Shown here piece by piece: positions 26,242 through 39,800 of a stretch of 64,000 nucleotides of DNA (positions within the stretch are counted from its first letter, which is position 1; each line of letters opens with the position of its first letter). The stretch covers positions 113,150,001 through 113,214,000 of the forward strand of contig OZ024742.1 of NCBI GenBank assembly GCA_964016885.1, in the 5' to 3' direction. The position numbers and the translations under genes are program-made. This DNA is from Eledone cirrhosa. Its lineage: Eukaryota. The notes below the pieces were generated by a model. The model had not been told where the DNA came from, did not search any database, and saw only the letters and a program-made list of their open reading frames with translations.

Positions 26242-27195
26242 TAGACATGAAAAATGCGCAAGCTCAAAAGTGCCACAGAATGTTATAATAAACCTTCAAA
26301 AGTGTGGGACTAGAGTTGTTGCTAAAAAATATTGTAATCATTATATATCGTACATTCTGTGGCATCCTTTATAAAAATAGCTTAAACCAACGAAGCCTTT
26401 ATTTTTACGCTATTTCACTTAGTTAATTCTTAGAGTGTAACATATAAAAATATGATTTACAACTATAAAATAAATTAATTAATATAATAACAGAGCTGCG
26501 GAGCTGAAATTTAGGAAATAATGGAGTATCGGATCCTGAGTTGGAGCCAGTCAATTTTTGACCGACTCCGCAGCCCTGTATAATACATTTCATATTAAAG
26601 TTATTAATAAACCTATTTTACACTTCATGCAAATTACCACGAGATATTGATATTAGATATAAGATACAGCGCAATATCTACAGCTGTAAAAGTACGAAAG
26701 CGAAGTAATAATAAGTGGCTTAAGGTAATTCCAATATGAAAGTTTGTAGTGATAAAAATTTGATAATGCAATACGATTGTTAATATTATAGTTCTATGAA
26801 AATGTAACAATAGATAACTAAATTATTTTACTATTAGTATATTTAAGAAATTATCATTATAGATTTGATCGTTCATATAAGCATCATATTAAGTTTCAAC
26901 ACAATTATTTTGTTACTATGAGTATATGATAATAATATTACGTAATTATTTATAGCTGTTATTACATTAAACATAGATGTATTTATTTTTATATGTACAC
27001 TCTAAGAATTAACTAAGTGAAATAGCGTAAAAATAAAGGCTTCGTTGGTTTAAGCTATTTTTATAAAGGATGCCACAGAATGTACGATATATAATGATTA
27101 CAATATTTTTTAGCAACAACTCTAGTCCCACACTTTTGAAGGTTTATTATAACATTCTGTGGCACTTTTGAGCTTGCGCATTTTTCATGTCTAGT
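26240..27195. mobile_element. Fold-back/MITE-like element with ~200-bp identical inverted arms (26240-26439 / 26996-27195)
   Basis: Arms are exact reverse complements by eye; the motif tgccacagaatgt occurs twice (inverted) per arm; AT-rich spacer; no TSD found. Confidence 0.8.
26491..26578. mobile_element. 88-bp hAT-like MITE
   Basis: TIRs cagagctgcggag / ctccgcagccctg; 8-bp flanks tataataa / tataatac (7/8 TSD). Confidence 0.7.
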
Positions 27196-27752
27196 TTAAT
27201 ATTTTTTTAAGGCAACGCTTGTAATAACTCTAGTTAAACAGGATATATATTAATAATAAATTATCGTTGTAATGTAATTAGATTATGTAATTGTTATTAT
27301 AAATTATCTTATAAATATTAGTGTAAGATGTATAAAAATATTTTCAGACTTTTAATATAAACAACTACAAAAAACAATCAATATTAAATCAATATATTAT
27401 ACATAATAGAAAACATAAAATATACAATACAAAAACAAAATATTTACATACATTTGCAATTATCAGTGTATATACATTTTCTTTATATTCCCTGAGCAAA
27501 TTAATAAGATTTGTTTTTATTGTACATAATTTGATGACTTGTTGGAGTGTATTAAAAGATAGCAACAATTTGTGATTAAATTGTTATCTTAAGCAACTCA
27601 CTTTTTAATAGTTGTTGGCTGAGCGAAATTGTAAAAGCCTATGAGCAAATATAAAAAAAAATACACAAACAACATTTCCTTGTGTTATTACAACATTAGA
27701 TAAAATAATTGAGCAATGTCGTTATATTTTGCTCTTATTGCACATTAATAGT

Positions 27753-27920
27753 GTTTCTATTTTTCGGCACAAATCCATTACGGCAGTCCATTACTGGTAC
27801 TTTATTTTATCGAATTAGTAAGTATGAAAGTCGAAGTAAACCTCGGCAGGATTTGAACTTAGAATGCAAAGGACCATAACAATACTGCAAAGCATGGTGT
27901 CTGACGCTCTACCAATACTT
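27753..27920 (-). mobile_element. tRNA-derived SINE
   Basis: actggtactttattttatcga..aacctcggcaggatttgaac..tctgacgctctacc is the reverse complement of the SINE core and head. Confidence 0.8.
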
Positions 27921-28309
27921 GTGTTGAGCTGGTCATTAATTTATGGTGGTCGTGCGTGAAGTAGAGCAATCGCTAGTTGAAATATTATGAACAAAACATT
28001 TTTATTTGCCGAAGAACATATTTTCAATACTGTTTGTGAATGTGACGAAGGAAATACATTCTGATATGGAACAGTGTACAAAGTGTGTCTGTGAATAACA
28101 TAATGTTACCTCATGTTGTTGTCAAGACATAATGGATTTCGTTTATCCAGTTAGAAGATGAAACCTAGCCATCTCGGATTAGTTATATTTCATGCCATGT
28201 GTAAACGTGTTTGAGGATAGCAAAATATGCGCGTTAATTATAATAATTAGTTAATAATATTACAAAATATACCTAATTAAACTCTTTGCTTGAAATTTTA
28301 TCATTCTTC

Positions 28310-28406
<97 letters not shown>

Positions 28407-28767
28407 TCTAGTCCTTCGCTCAAGATTAATCTATAAGTTTAGATGTTTGCCTTCGTTTAAGTAAATATTACAGTAAGATTTTTAATATAAACAACTACAA
28501 AAAACAATTAATATTAAAACGAAAAAATTATCAATGATAAAAGAAGCGGATGCAACTTTTTTTTTTATAAAGTTATATTCCTGTTTCTTTAAAGAACATT
28601 TCATTTTTGTTCTATTGTAGGCGAAATAATGCAATGGTTTAATAGGGAAGATATAACTTACGAATTATGTCTCTAACCGTGTAACGCTTTTTAAGTAGAT
28701 AACTACAATTGAAAATACTAAAGAAATGGAACCAACAATTCAATTTGAAAGTCGTCTAGTGACAGTG

Positions 28768-28813
28768 TATTACTGGTACTTTATTTTATCGACCCCGTAA
28801 CGATGAAAGGCAA
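28768..28813 (-). mobile_element. SINE core fragment
   Basis: tactggtactttattttatcgaccccgtaacgatgaaaggcaaa. Confidence 0.8.
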
Positions 28814-29175
28814 AAATGCAAATGCTTAAAATTTAAATTGCCTTAATTCTATCGTCTGCTGTTTCATTAAAGGGAGATTATCGTCTGTATTTAATTCTAT
28901 CGTCTACTGTTCCACTAAACAGATATACCTCCACTATCGTCTCTATTTATACATTTTAACTTATAACTTATACACATTTGATTTGAAATATTTTATCTAG
29001 TCCCCCCTCTCAATATTATGATGATTTCTTTCGAATGAAACAGTTCTAGTCCTGTAGAAGCCATTTATATATATAATTGAACTGAGTTAAAAATTCACAA
29101 TATTTATAATTAAATAAGCTCATATATATATGTGTGTATTTATCTGTTTATTGTATTATATATAATGTGTGTATA

Positions 29176-29215
29176 TACAGGATGTCCCCCAAAAATATAT
29201 ACACACTTCAACAGC
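29176..29215 (+). mobile_element. Solo Tc1/mariner-like terminus
   Basis: TA|CAGGATGTCCCCCAAAAATATATACACACTT resembles mariner-type TIRs; no partner TIR found. Confidence 0.4.
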
Positions 29216-29879
29216 ATTCTAATAACTATTGCCTGTACAGGTAATCAAAGTGTCAATCGAATGTTAGTTTCGTGTTTTAACAGTACAGATTTACAATACA
29301 CACATAAAACCAGTGTATATACATACATGAATGTGTATACACATACATGAATGTGTATATACAATATATATGTATATATATATATAGACACATATATTCA
29401 CGGTGCAACGGTACATTAAAATATAGATGCGGCGGGAGAGGGGGTGTATATATAGGGGCGCTGGGGATAAAGGAGTGTAAAGCGTGTGTAATTGATATAT
29501 TGAAGGAGAGGAGCGTGCAGCGATAGAGTAACAAATATATAGAGAGGGGGAGAGATGGTATTGAAGGGGAGGAGTGCAAAGCGAAAGAGTAGGAGATATA
29601 TATAGAGACGGAACAGATAGAGAGAAACAGGCGTAAGTAACAGTGGAAGAGATATAGAGAGAGGTACTCTGATTGGTTGAAAATTAGCCAATGACATACG
29701 ATCACCACCACCACGGCTATCCCCGAAAAATTTTTAAAGAAGCTAGGCATATATGTTAGAACACGAAAAGTGAACATTCTGTGTTTCACACTTTTCGTGT
29801 TCTAACAGATGTAGTCATTACTTTCCTCGTCTTTCTATCTGTTCCTTAATGTTCCATTTAAGAATTCCTGCACTAATAC

Positions 29880-30300
29880 CTACAAAACTCGAGAATATAT
29901 TGCAGTTAAGACATTCCTACTATTGAAGTGTGATTTCAGTACATTTCTCACTCTCCTTATGTATTTACACCTTATCTCAGCCTTCATTTATTTGTGCTCG
30001 ATGTTATGGGCTCCACGACACCCACATACCTATATTCTTCCTCGGGGTCAATCTCATTCATCACCTCACACGTACGTATCTCTATTATTTTTCTTCTTTT
30101 CAAGTTGCCCCCATTCATCAGTAGCACTTCACATTTATTAAAACCACATTCTATAGAAATGTCATTGCTGAACATACGAATAGGATTAACAATATACCTA
30201 GCTCCTTTTCGTCGTTCCCCAAGAGTTTTAGGTCATTCATGAAATAGGGGTGATTGATGGTAAGATCTCTTTATCACAGCTGGATTTAACTTTGCTTCTC
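29880..30300 (-). mobile_element. Decayed R4/Dong-type RT fragment
   Basis: MFSNDISIECGFNKCEVLLMNGG..NEIDPEEEYRYVGVVE is homologous to IFSNDICMQFGISKCGV..EIDSEEVYKYLGVLE (45037-45450). Confidence 0.75.
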
Positions 30301-30394
30301 ATCATTAAGTGGTCGATAAAATAATACACCAGTAATTTACTGGGATAATTGCCGTACCCTGCATGTCGGCTCTTGTGGCCAATACATGAAATCA

Positions 30395-30600
30395 TTGTGG
30401 ATTGGCAGTATCAGTAGAGAGTCGGACGCCATGCTTTGACGCATAGAGTTACGGCCCTTGTCATTCTGATTTCAAGTCCCGCCGAGATTAATATTGCCTT
30501 TCATCCTTACGGGGTCGATAAAATAAAGTACCAGTAATGCACTGGGGTAATTGCTGGCCTTGTGGCAAAAGTAGAAACAGTTATGATTATTATTATAATT
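30395..30600 (+). mobile_element. Near full-length tRNA-derived SINE with (ATT)n tail
   Basis: A-box-like tggcagtatcagtag, B-box-like atttcaagtcc, core gcctttcatccttacggggtcgataaaataaagtaccagt, tail gccttgtggcaaaagtagaaacagttatgattattatt. Confidence 0.85.
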
Positions 30601-30619
30601 ATTATTTTTATTTTATTTC

Positions 30620-32845
30620 ATTATTGTATCTGAGTTATATGCGGAGTGTCTTCCTGACACATAGGGAAAATAAATTCAAAGTGTGCATTGGTAAGCCAGT
30701 TAATACAGGACGTTGATTATAATTTAAAAAAAAAGGGTGTATGCATATATACGCATGTGCATATGCATATGTAAATACAAGGTGGGATATCAATCTTACA
30801 GAGATAGGGCTCTTTCTCAATACTTGTGCAGTACCAGTCAAAACAATTTATTGCACCTCGTGCAGAGTGGATAAACCAGGAATCATTCGCAAATATTGTT
30901 CTGTTATTTTCTTGATCATTCCCAGTCCTCCCACAATCACTGGTATTGTAACGGCCTTGAGGTGCCACATTTTCTCAATTTCAATAAGATCTTCATATTT
31001 TCGTAGCTTGTCAAATTCTTTTGCCGCGATATTGTGATCACATGGGATGCTCATATCTATCAATAAACATACCTTGTTGTGTTAATCTTTTATACTGATG
31101 TCAGATCTATTTGCTTTTATAGTCCTGTCAGTATGTACAGGAAAGTCACAGAGAATTGTTACTTTTTTCTCCTTCAGTTACAGCCTCAGGGTGATGATTG
31201 CACCGCTTGTCTTCAGCTTTGATTTTGTAATGTCGACATATTACACAGTGTAGATATTGGCCAACACTGTCATATCTATATATGTATTCTACTGGTGCTA
31301 AAGCTTTACATCCAGCGACTAAGTGATCCACTGTTTCAACTCCAGCATTGGAGAATAGGCACTTTGGGTTTATTCCGTTTCACATTACATTGGCCTGGTA
31401 ATTACGAGTCAATAAGCTTTGATCTTGGGCAACTAAGATGAAGCCTTCACACTCCGCTTTTAGCCCTGAACTACGTAGCCACTGATGGGTGTGCTTTTGG
31501 TCAACATCAGCTTCTTTTCTGGGTGCCAAATATTTGCCATGCAGAGGTTTCTGCTCCCAATCTGATGCTAATTGTCCTTACCTTTTGCCAGTTATTTTAT
31601 GTGCCTAGCAGCATCAGTTGAAACAGTTTCTTTAGTCTCTCCAGCCTGGTTATCAAGCATGAGATCAGTAGCATATTTGTTGCTCTCATTCAAGATAGAA
31701 TGAAGCTTCTTACTTCCCTCATGCTTGTCAACAACCTTCAGCATACAGTCGTTAGTTGTTTCAAGGTATTTGGTCAGTCCAATGATGGTGGTCTTGTAAG
31801 CAAGTTCAAATTGGATCAGGCCACGGCCTCCTTGAGTTCTAGGAAAGTAAACACGATCCACATATGATTTTGGATGATGCATCATATTACATGTCAGTAG
31901 CTTACGGATTTTGGTGTCGATTCTTTTCATTTCACTCATATTCCAGTTCAACACACCGAAGCTATAATTGACAACTTGGACTGCCAAGGAATTTAGGGCT
32001 AGCACCTTGTTACGAGCGTTTAGTTCTGATCTCAGAACTGCACGTACTCTCCTGTAACATTATTTCCTTATCTTCTCTTTCATACTTGCATGCTGTATGC
32101 CAGGGCCCTCATTATTACCTAAGTATTTATAGGTTTGCTCCTACTCAAGTTCCTTTATGATTGTTTCAGTATCCAATTAAACTGAGTCTGAGTTGACAAG
32201 CTTCCCCTTCTTGAAAGTGGCTTTTGCACACTTATCAAGTCCAAACTCTATCCTGATGTCATCGCTAAACATTTTTACTCTCCGCAAAAGGCCTTCCAGT
32301 TCGTCATTATCGTTGCAATATAGCTTCAAATCATCCATATAAAATAGGTGGCTTAGTTTTTTGTTGTCAATTATATAACTGTACCTTGTTCTATTAAGTT
32401 CGGATGTTAGGGGCATTAAAGCTATGCAGAAAATCAAGGGTGAAAGTGAGTCACCCTGGAATATACCACAGTTGATGTTTACATTCCTAGAGCTCATTAC
32501 TCCAATGGAATGAGACAATTGAAGATTTGTGTTCCATAATGACATATTGTGTTTCAGGAAGTTTGAGATCACAGATGAGATTTTGAAGATTTCAGAATCC
32601 ATGAGTGTGGTATGCTATCAAAAGCTTTTTTTTTATAGTCGATCCATGCAGAACTGAGATTTCTGTGTTTATTTATGACAGTTCTCAAGGATCATACAAT
32701 TAATCAAAAGTTGATCTTTCCAACCATATGAACCTTGTCGGCACCCTATTTGTTCAATGGGGAAAATAATATTCTCCTCCCAAAACACGTATGCTTTTTT
32801 CCATGAGAATAGAGGCGAATAGTTTGTAAGTGGTTGATAGTTTAT
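30620..32845 (-). mobile_element. R4/Dong-type RLE LINE, 5'-truncated and disabled (RT, CCHC finger, PD-(D/E)xK nuclease)
   Basis: GIFQGDSLSP, LFYMDDLKLY, EFGLDKCA, DHLVAGC, IDMSIP..KLRKYEDL; multiple stops and frameshifts. Confidence 0.9.
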
Positions 32846-35800
32846 AAGTGCTTAATGGTTTATAGTTTATAACCACCACTTATTATTATTATTAGTATTA
32901 TTGAAGGTGAAGCCACGCTTCTTATCGCCTACAGTTTTTTCAACCGTTTACCTCGTTTTCATCCGTTCTAAACCTTTTATTCAAGTTATAACATCGATAT
33001 GACATCGATACCTGTAACAGCGATCTCAGCACCACCAGAAGGACCAGTAGCGGCACCAGTAGTAGTGCTGCTGAAAAAGGGACCACTTCTTTTGCAGGTG
33101 TCGCCCGAAATATCGAAACAGTGTTAGCCACAGAGGAACAGATGGCAGTCGCAAGGGCGATGGTGACAAGAAACGCCAATAGAGTCTCCTTGAAACCTCC
33201 ACCCGATTTGTTCAAGGACCAGCAGCTACGGACGGTAACTTACCGCACCGTAAGCAAAATATCACATCGGGTGGAGAGAGCCACGGAGGTTTCAATCCAA
33301 AAGGGCTTGGGGTGCGTCTCGGCACGGAAAACCCACATCACCCGAGGCAGAAAGTACGCCACAGTAGACGTACCCCCCCCCAAGAAGCGAAGTCTCACTC
33401 AATGGTAACCTTAAAGAGTGAGGAGATAGTCTTGGGGCCTCCTACTACGGGCAGAAAATTATGAGGGTCAAAGTGACACAGGTCACACCCGACGTGCCCA
33501 TACCTTGGCTGGCCGCGTATGTCCTTGCTAGAATCGAGGACGGGACGACCATGCTGCAAATAGACTCATTAGGGAGAGAGAACTGGTCAGGTATAGGCAT
33601 GCAAATGCATATACAAACTGACCACGAATGTATCGACGCTATCCCCGGCATCATAGACATCGAGGAAGGACTCCAACTCCCTATAAGCGTAGAAGGAAGA
33701 AGGCCAAAATGTTATCTCTGTGGGTCAAAGGATAACGTCAGGGACTTTTGCCCGCAGAAGACAGCGAAAAAGAAGGCCCCTCTCCTTCCAATGCCTGGTC
33801 AGCTGCTACCAAATGTAGGGCAGGTAACAAACGCAGAAGCCTCTTCCACGGTGATTAGGAGGTCAACGTCGGTGGCACTCGTACCAAGGCCACAGACAAC
33901 TTAAGCAGCAGCACCAGTGGCGGAAACGCCATAGATATATTTGCAGTAGCTACACCAGCAACACAATTGCCGGAGATGGCTCCACTAACACCACCAACAG
34001 CCGTGGAGCACATAACCCTCCCAGACGCCACGAAATCCGAGATGAAGTCTAAGGCGGCATTGAAGTGGCAAACGGTCTGCCACAAAAAAGAAAAAAGAAA
34101 AAAACCCTTAGCTTCACTCTCCAAAAGCGAAGGCACACAAAGAGGGGTAAAGGCTGCAAGGAGACTTGCAGCAACACCACCACCATCACCACCACAAGCA
34201 CTACCGCCAACAACAACCGCACCACCACCAGCATCACCAAAAGTACCAACTTCGCTAACAAAACAAAACACACACACCAAACAGCAACAAGAAGAAAACA
34301 GCAACAAAATGATCCGCCCAAAAAGTACACAGCCATAAACATGGCAAATAAGAAATCATACAATATATAAAGAAGCACACACACATCACAGAAAAAAAAA
34401 CTACTACACCCCACCAACACCAAGAACTTTCCCGACAAACATAAGCATCATTGATATCAAAATAAAACAGTATAAACTTTTAAAATGAAAATTCCCCAAC
34501 GCAGTTACCAAGAGGATATACACTGACATCCTCTTGGAAACCCCCATGACCAGTCAAAGGGACGGTTCTACTGTCCCTCCACCACACGATCAATGTAGGT
34601 GACCCTTTCTCACTTGACCTGTTTCTCATCCAACATGGCAATACTTAGAATAGACAGTATAAATGCACGTGGCCTGGGGTCATCTTGGAAGAAGGGTCAC
34701 CTGCTCAACGACCTCAGGTCACTAAACATAGATGTGGTGGCCATCAGCGAGACCAGAATCTCCAAAGCACGAGCCTTCGCTCCGCTCTTCTGCGGCTACG
34801 ATGTATACGCATCTCCCAGCCGTCCAGGATCGGGTGGAGGGGTTGCCGTCCTTTTTCGGAGAAGCTTTGATCTCGCCATAGGAGTCATATTCATGGACCC
34901 AGAAGGTAAGTCGGTGGTGCTGGACGGGACAGGCATCGAAGGCAATGATTTCAGGCTAGTAGCCGTCTACGCCCAAGCTGGGGCAGGACGGCCAGATTTC
35001 TTCAGGCGTCTATAGCCCTTTCTTGGAACGTCCCGCTCTGTAGCGTTAGTGTGCGACTGGAACTGTATCTTGGATGCATGCAGGGATTGTGTGGGGTTAG
35101 TGGATAGGGGAGGAGGGTGCAATAGCCTCACCAACCTGTTCAAACGTTTTGAACTGTCTCACAGGTATCGACTGGATCACCCGAATGTGCCAATGTGGAC
35201 ATGGACAAACCTCATCGGGTCATCCAGATCGTATCTCGATAGGGTATTCTGCAGAGAACTAGATGACGCTAGTATATGTTGTGCACAATTTAAAATAGTC
35301 GGCTAAACATACCACAATTTGTGATCTTTTAGATCGTCATAGACAGGGGTCATAGATAAGGATTCGGTTACTGGAAGCTGAACGCGTCTTTCCCGGCGCG
35401 CAAAGCCTACATAGACCGGATTAGCTTATTAGTTAAGCGGGCGTTGACGAGAACGGTCTTCAACAACAGGTGGTGGTTCGCCCTGAAAATGGCAATGAAA
35501 ATAGAGTCGATTAGGTTTAGCAAATCACTAGTGATAGCGGAAAATAGAGTAGAGGGAGAGCTAGTCAGAAAGCTAGAAGAGGCGTTTAGGACAGGCTTCG
35601 CAAACGACGAACTTGCGGCGAGATTGGCACTCGACCAATTCTTCAATGCAAAACACGAAGGTTGCGTTGCCAGAGCTAGAGCGCGTGCTCGGAAAGACGA
35701 TAGGACAAAATCCGTCGAATGAGCCCGGATGGCAGAGGCGCGAAGTGGCACACAAGCCACAATTCGGTCTTTATATGTCCAAGACGTGCGCGTGTTGCTC

Positions 35801-36407
35801 GAACCTGAGCAGATGTGTGAAGCTTTTCAGCAGCACTTTGCTGAATTGTGCGGTAGCAGCGGCGGGTTAGATCGAGGTATGGACTTCAGTGCATACCTCG
35901 ACGGACTGCCTCGGCACTCGACGACCGCAGCACAGTATTGCGAAAAGCCAATAACAGCCGGTCAAATACGGGAAGCGATGGCTAATTGCACGAGGGGTAA
36001 ATCGCCAGGTTTGGATTGTCTGCCAAACGAGCTTCATCCATGTATGCCAGACATGTTCGGTGACCTCGTGGCGGACGTCTACTGCAACTGGCAGCAGAAC
36101 GGGTGCATTCCCAGTTTTGTGAGCCGAGGAGAGGTGGCGCTGCTGAGAAAAGACCCGAACAAGGGGGATGTTATCGATAACTTCAGGCCCATAACCCTGC
36201 TAAATGCAGAGTTCAAGATTTTGGCCAAGGTGTTAGCAACGAGTTTGGCGCTTGTCGTCAAGGGTTTGGTGGGAGAGGCGCAGACATGCGCCATTCTGGA
36301 CAGATCAATACACGACTACCGCCACCTCATGCGATACATCATAGAGAGGGTGGTTAAGGAACCTGGCACGGGTCGGGCCCTGATACATCGGATCAATCCA
36401 AAGAATT

Positions 36408-36834
36408 TGTAGTAACTATGGCGACAGTGTGTTGACTATAGCAACGCAGTGTCTCCACCTGTGGGTAACACAAACAAATAGCGAATTACTTCCCTTATCT
36501 CGGCGTTCTCTAAAAGAAGAGACACCAATGTAAAACTCAAGAGATTTGGTTTATTATTCCAGTCGCCTTTGTCCTGTCACGTGGACGTACTTTGTAAACA
36601 CGCCTGTTTTTGACCAATAGATTTTCATATCTCTTCTTGAATGTAAGAATTAAGCCATTGCCGTTTAGCTTGCAAGGTATGTTCTGGGAATGTAATTATT
36701 ATGTTGTGTTTTATTAAATGAATCATTTAATAAAAGATTAGCCTTGTTATCGTTAAAGCCCTTCTGTTTTAATTAATAATCTTAGAGAGATGAGATGTCG
36801 TTCACACACCTGGACGATATATCATTTTTCTTTA
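36408..36834 (+). repeat. Gypsy 5' LTR, followed by a tRNA-Trp-type PBS (TGGTGACCCC, 36836-36845)
   Basis: Starts TGTAG; the first 103 bp recur at 41837; the PBS matches the known tRNA-Trp 3' complement TGGTGACCCCGAC at 10 consecutive positions. The LTR 3' edge is approximate. Confidence 0.85.
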
Positions 36835-39800
36835 TTGGTGACCCCAACTAAGAACAACTTTTAAAATTCTTCTGTGTTTAAAATTCTTCTGTATTGCTGA
36901 ATTGTATCTCCTTCTGACCTGCCTTGCAAGCATAGTTAGATACAAACCAAAAAAAATTATCACAACTCATCCAGCTTTTTTATCAACAATGATATTTATT
37001 TTATGTACAAAGTGTGCGACGCTGCACATATATATATGGAATTCAGGCCCGGTGTTGTTTGGTATCTTGTCTTTGAGTGAACAATATTTTTCCTCTTGCA
37101 TCAACTTCTCTCTTAAAAAAAAAAATAAATAAAAAAAAAAAGGATTTCTCTGGATATAAAATGTTGCTTTCAACCTTCTGTTAAAATTACAAATGGAGAC
37201 TCAAAAATGTTGTTTTCCCGCGTACAGCTTGTCTTCTTCAATCCCAGCCATCTGATTGGCTGCATCGTGCCACATGACGGCTTCTTCATCACAAACACAT
37301 TTTTCAATCAGCCATCTTGGGATTTTCATGGAAAATAATTTTTTTTTATTATTCAAATTTTAGTTTGGCCGGCGAGAATTTTCAAAAGGAATTTCAGTTG
37401 AATTCGCGTGAATAAGATTTTGGATTCCAGTGTCACTTTTTGGTCGCATAGCTGCTTCGTAGAAATAATATGGCCTTAAAAATTCATCAAATCTTTGCGC
37501 ATCATGAATTCACATCATTTGCCGATATCTGCGGGCGATATTAAACTATGGTTTTCGGAGCTCGAGTGCTATTTCGATTTCACCCACACCAAAGAACAGC
37601 ATAAATTGAAGGTGATTATTGGCCTGCCTGTTTCTTTGGCATATTCCGTAAAGGATGTTGTAACGAATTTAGCTGAAGACGTAACCTATGGCTCATTAAA
37701 ACTGGAAATTCTTCGTAGGAATACTAAGTCTGTGGAGAGCCGTTTTCTGGAATTATTGGAGGATGCACAGATGGGTGACAGAACGCCAACCTCCTATTTG
37801 CGGTATCTACGTGAGCTGAGCGACTCCCAAGGAATTGATACATCGTTCATTAAACAGTTGTTTTTCTCTCGTTTGCCGCCGAGTGCACAGATGGTTCTAG
37901 TGAATACTTTGACGAAAGATTCTTTCGATCAGATCGCTGCATCTGACGATAACATCCTCGAATTGGATTTAAAGAGCAGGCTGCATAATCCTTGTGTTGC
38001 TTCTTCTTCCGTTCCCCTGCACAAATCGTCTTTAACCGAGGAAAAACTGCTAGAAGCAATCGAAGCGCTGACCAGGAAAGTGGATGTGTTGACTGTCAAC
38101 AAAAGAAAGCCATCCCAACGTCTGAGGTATCGTTCGCCCCTGTCTGCTGTTCCTCGCCGCCACTACACTACATGTAGTAGTAATCCTCAACGTTGTTAGT
38201 ATCATGCAAACTTTGGTAAACGGGCGCAGCGCTGTCGGGCGCCTTGTAACTATAGGATTTCGGAAAACGCCAATCAGAGCCACTAGGGCGGCTAGTGAAC
38301 TCTGGGAAACTCGACCAAACCGTCATCTTTTTGTGTACGACCTGTAGTCAAAAAAATATGTTCTTGTCGACACTGGCGCGACACTAAGTATTTGAACAGA
38401 TAGTTATATTGACAATACTCCGCCTGAGTGCACTATCAATTTGCAAACAGTCAACCATACGGCGATTCGAACTTATGGACAAATTTCGCTCCCTCTTAAG
38501 TTTACAAATCTTCGCCATGATTTTAGGTGGAAATTTACTATCGCCGACTTACCATATGCTCTCTTGGGAGCGGATTTCCTCCACAATTTTTTCTTGTCGA
38601 TTGACATCCGCAGACAACGACTTTTTTTATGCTAATACAGGCCTATCGTTCGAGGGTACAAAGCCGGAGATCGCCACAGTAAGCCCTGCTTTTTTCTTGG
38701 CTGAAGTGGGCAACCAGTATCACAGTTTGTTAAAATCATTCCCACAGCTGACGCAAGGAAGATTACGAATTGCTAGTCCGGATCATGTGATTGAACACTT
38801 TATATCCACTACAGGTCCACCTGTTTTCTCACGTCCTCGAAGATTATCTGCAGAGAAGTTGAAAGCTGCACGGTCTGAATTTGACCACATGCTGGAATTA
38901 GGAATAATTCGGCGTTCCACAAGTCCTTGGGCATCGCCTCTACATACGGTTGACTACCGACGCTTAAACGCGATTACTGTGCCTAAACTGTTATCCAATC
39001 CCACATTTGCAGGATTTCGCTTCTTCATTACAAGGTTGCACAATTTTTTCTAAGCTCGATTTGATTCGTGCTTATAATCAGATTCCGGTTAAAAAGGAGA
39101 ATATTCCAAAGACTGCTATTGCCACTCCTTTTGGATCTTTCGAGTTCCTTACTATGCCTTTCGGGCTAAGAAATGCGGCTAGTACCTTCCAACGATTTAT
39201 GGATGATGTTACTCGGGGCCTGGATTATGTGTACACGTATATCGATGATGTGTTGATTGCTAGTTTTTCTCCTGAGAGGCATTCAAAGCATCTGGATCTC
39301 GTATTTCGTCGTTTACAGAGATATAATGTTCGTATTAATTCTTCCAAGTGTGTTTTCGGCTCGACTTCACTAACATTTTTAGGCCATCTGATTGACGCCG
39401 ATGGTATTCGACCTCTTCCTGAGAAGGTTAAGGCAGTATCGGGTTTGCCTCCGCCAAGTTCACTGCCACAATTGCGTCAATTCTTAGACCTTGTTAATGT
39501 TTATAGGCGATTCGTACCTAATTGTTCCAACTTGCTGTTCTCGTTGACAGAATTTTTTTTAAAATTGCCGGCGTAAGAATATTGACATTTCCTTAAATAA
39601 AACGCAGCTTCACGATTTAAAAAAAAGTGTAAAAGGCGTTAGCGAGCGCATCTTTGCTCGCCCAACCAGTACCCAACGCCGAGATATCGCTCTGTGTTAA
39701 TGCGTCGGATACCGCCGTGGGCGCAGTCTGGCAACAGAAGTGCGATGGTTTACAACAACCAGTGGAATTTTTTTCGAGAAAGCTAAAGCCTGCCGAAAAT

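Noticed and set aside
28847-28945. Four tatcgtct-containing short repeats
   Set aside because: Irregular degenerate minisatellite with no further structure.
30400-30480. tRNA gene
   Set aside because: A/B-box-like motifs belong to a SINE head, and no cloverleaf forms.
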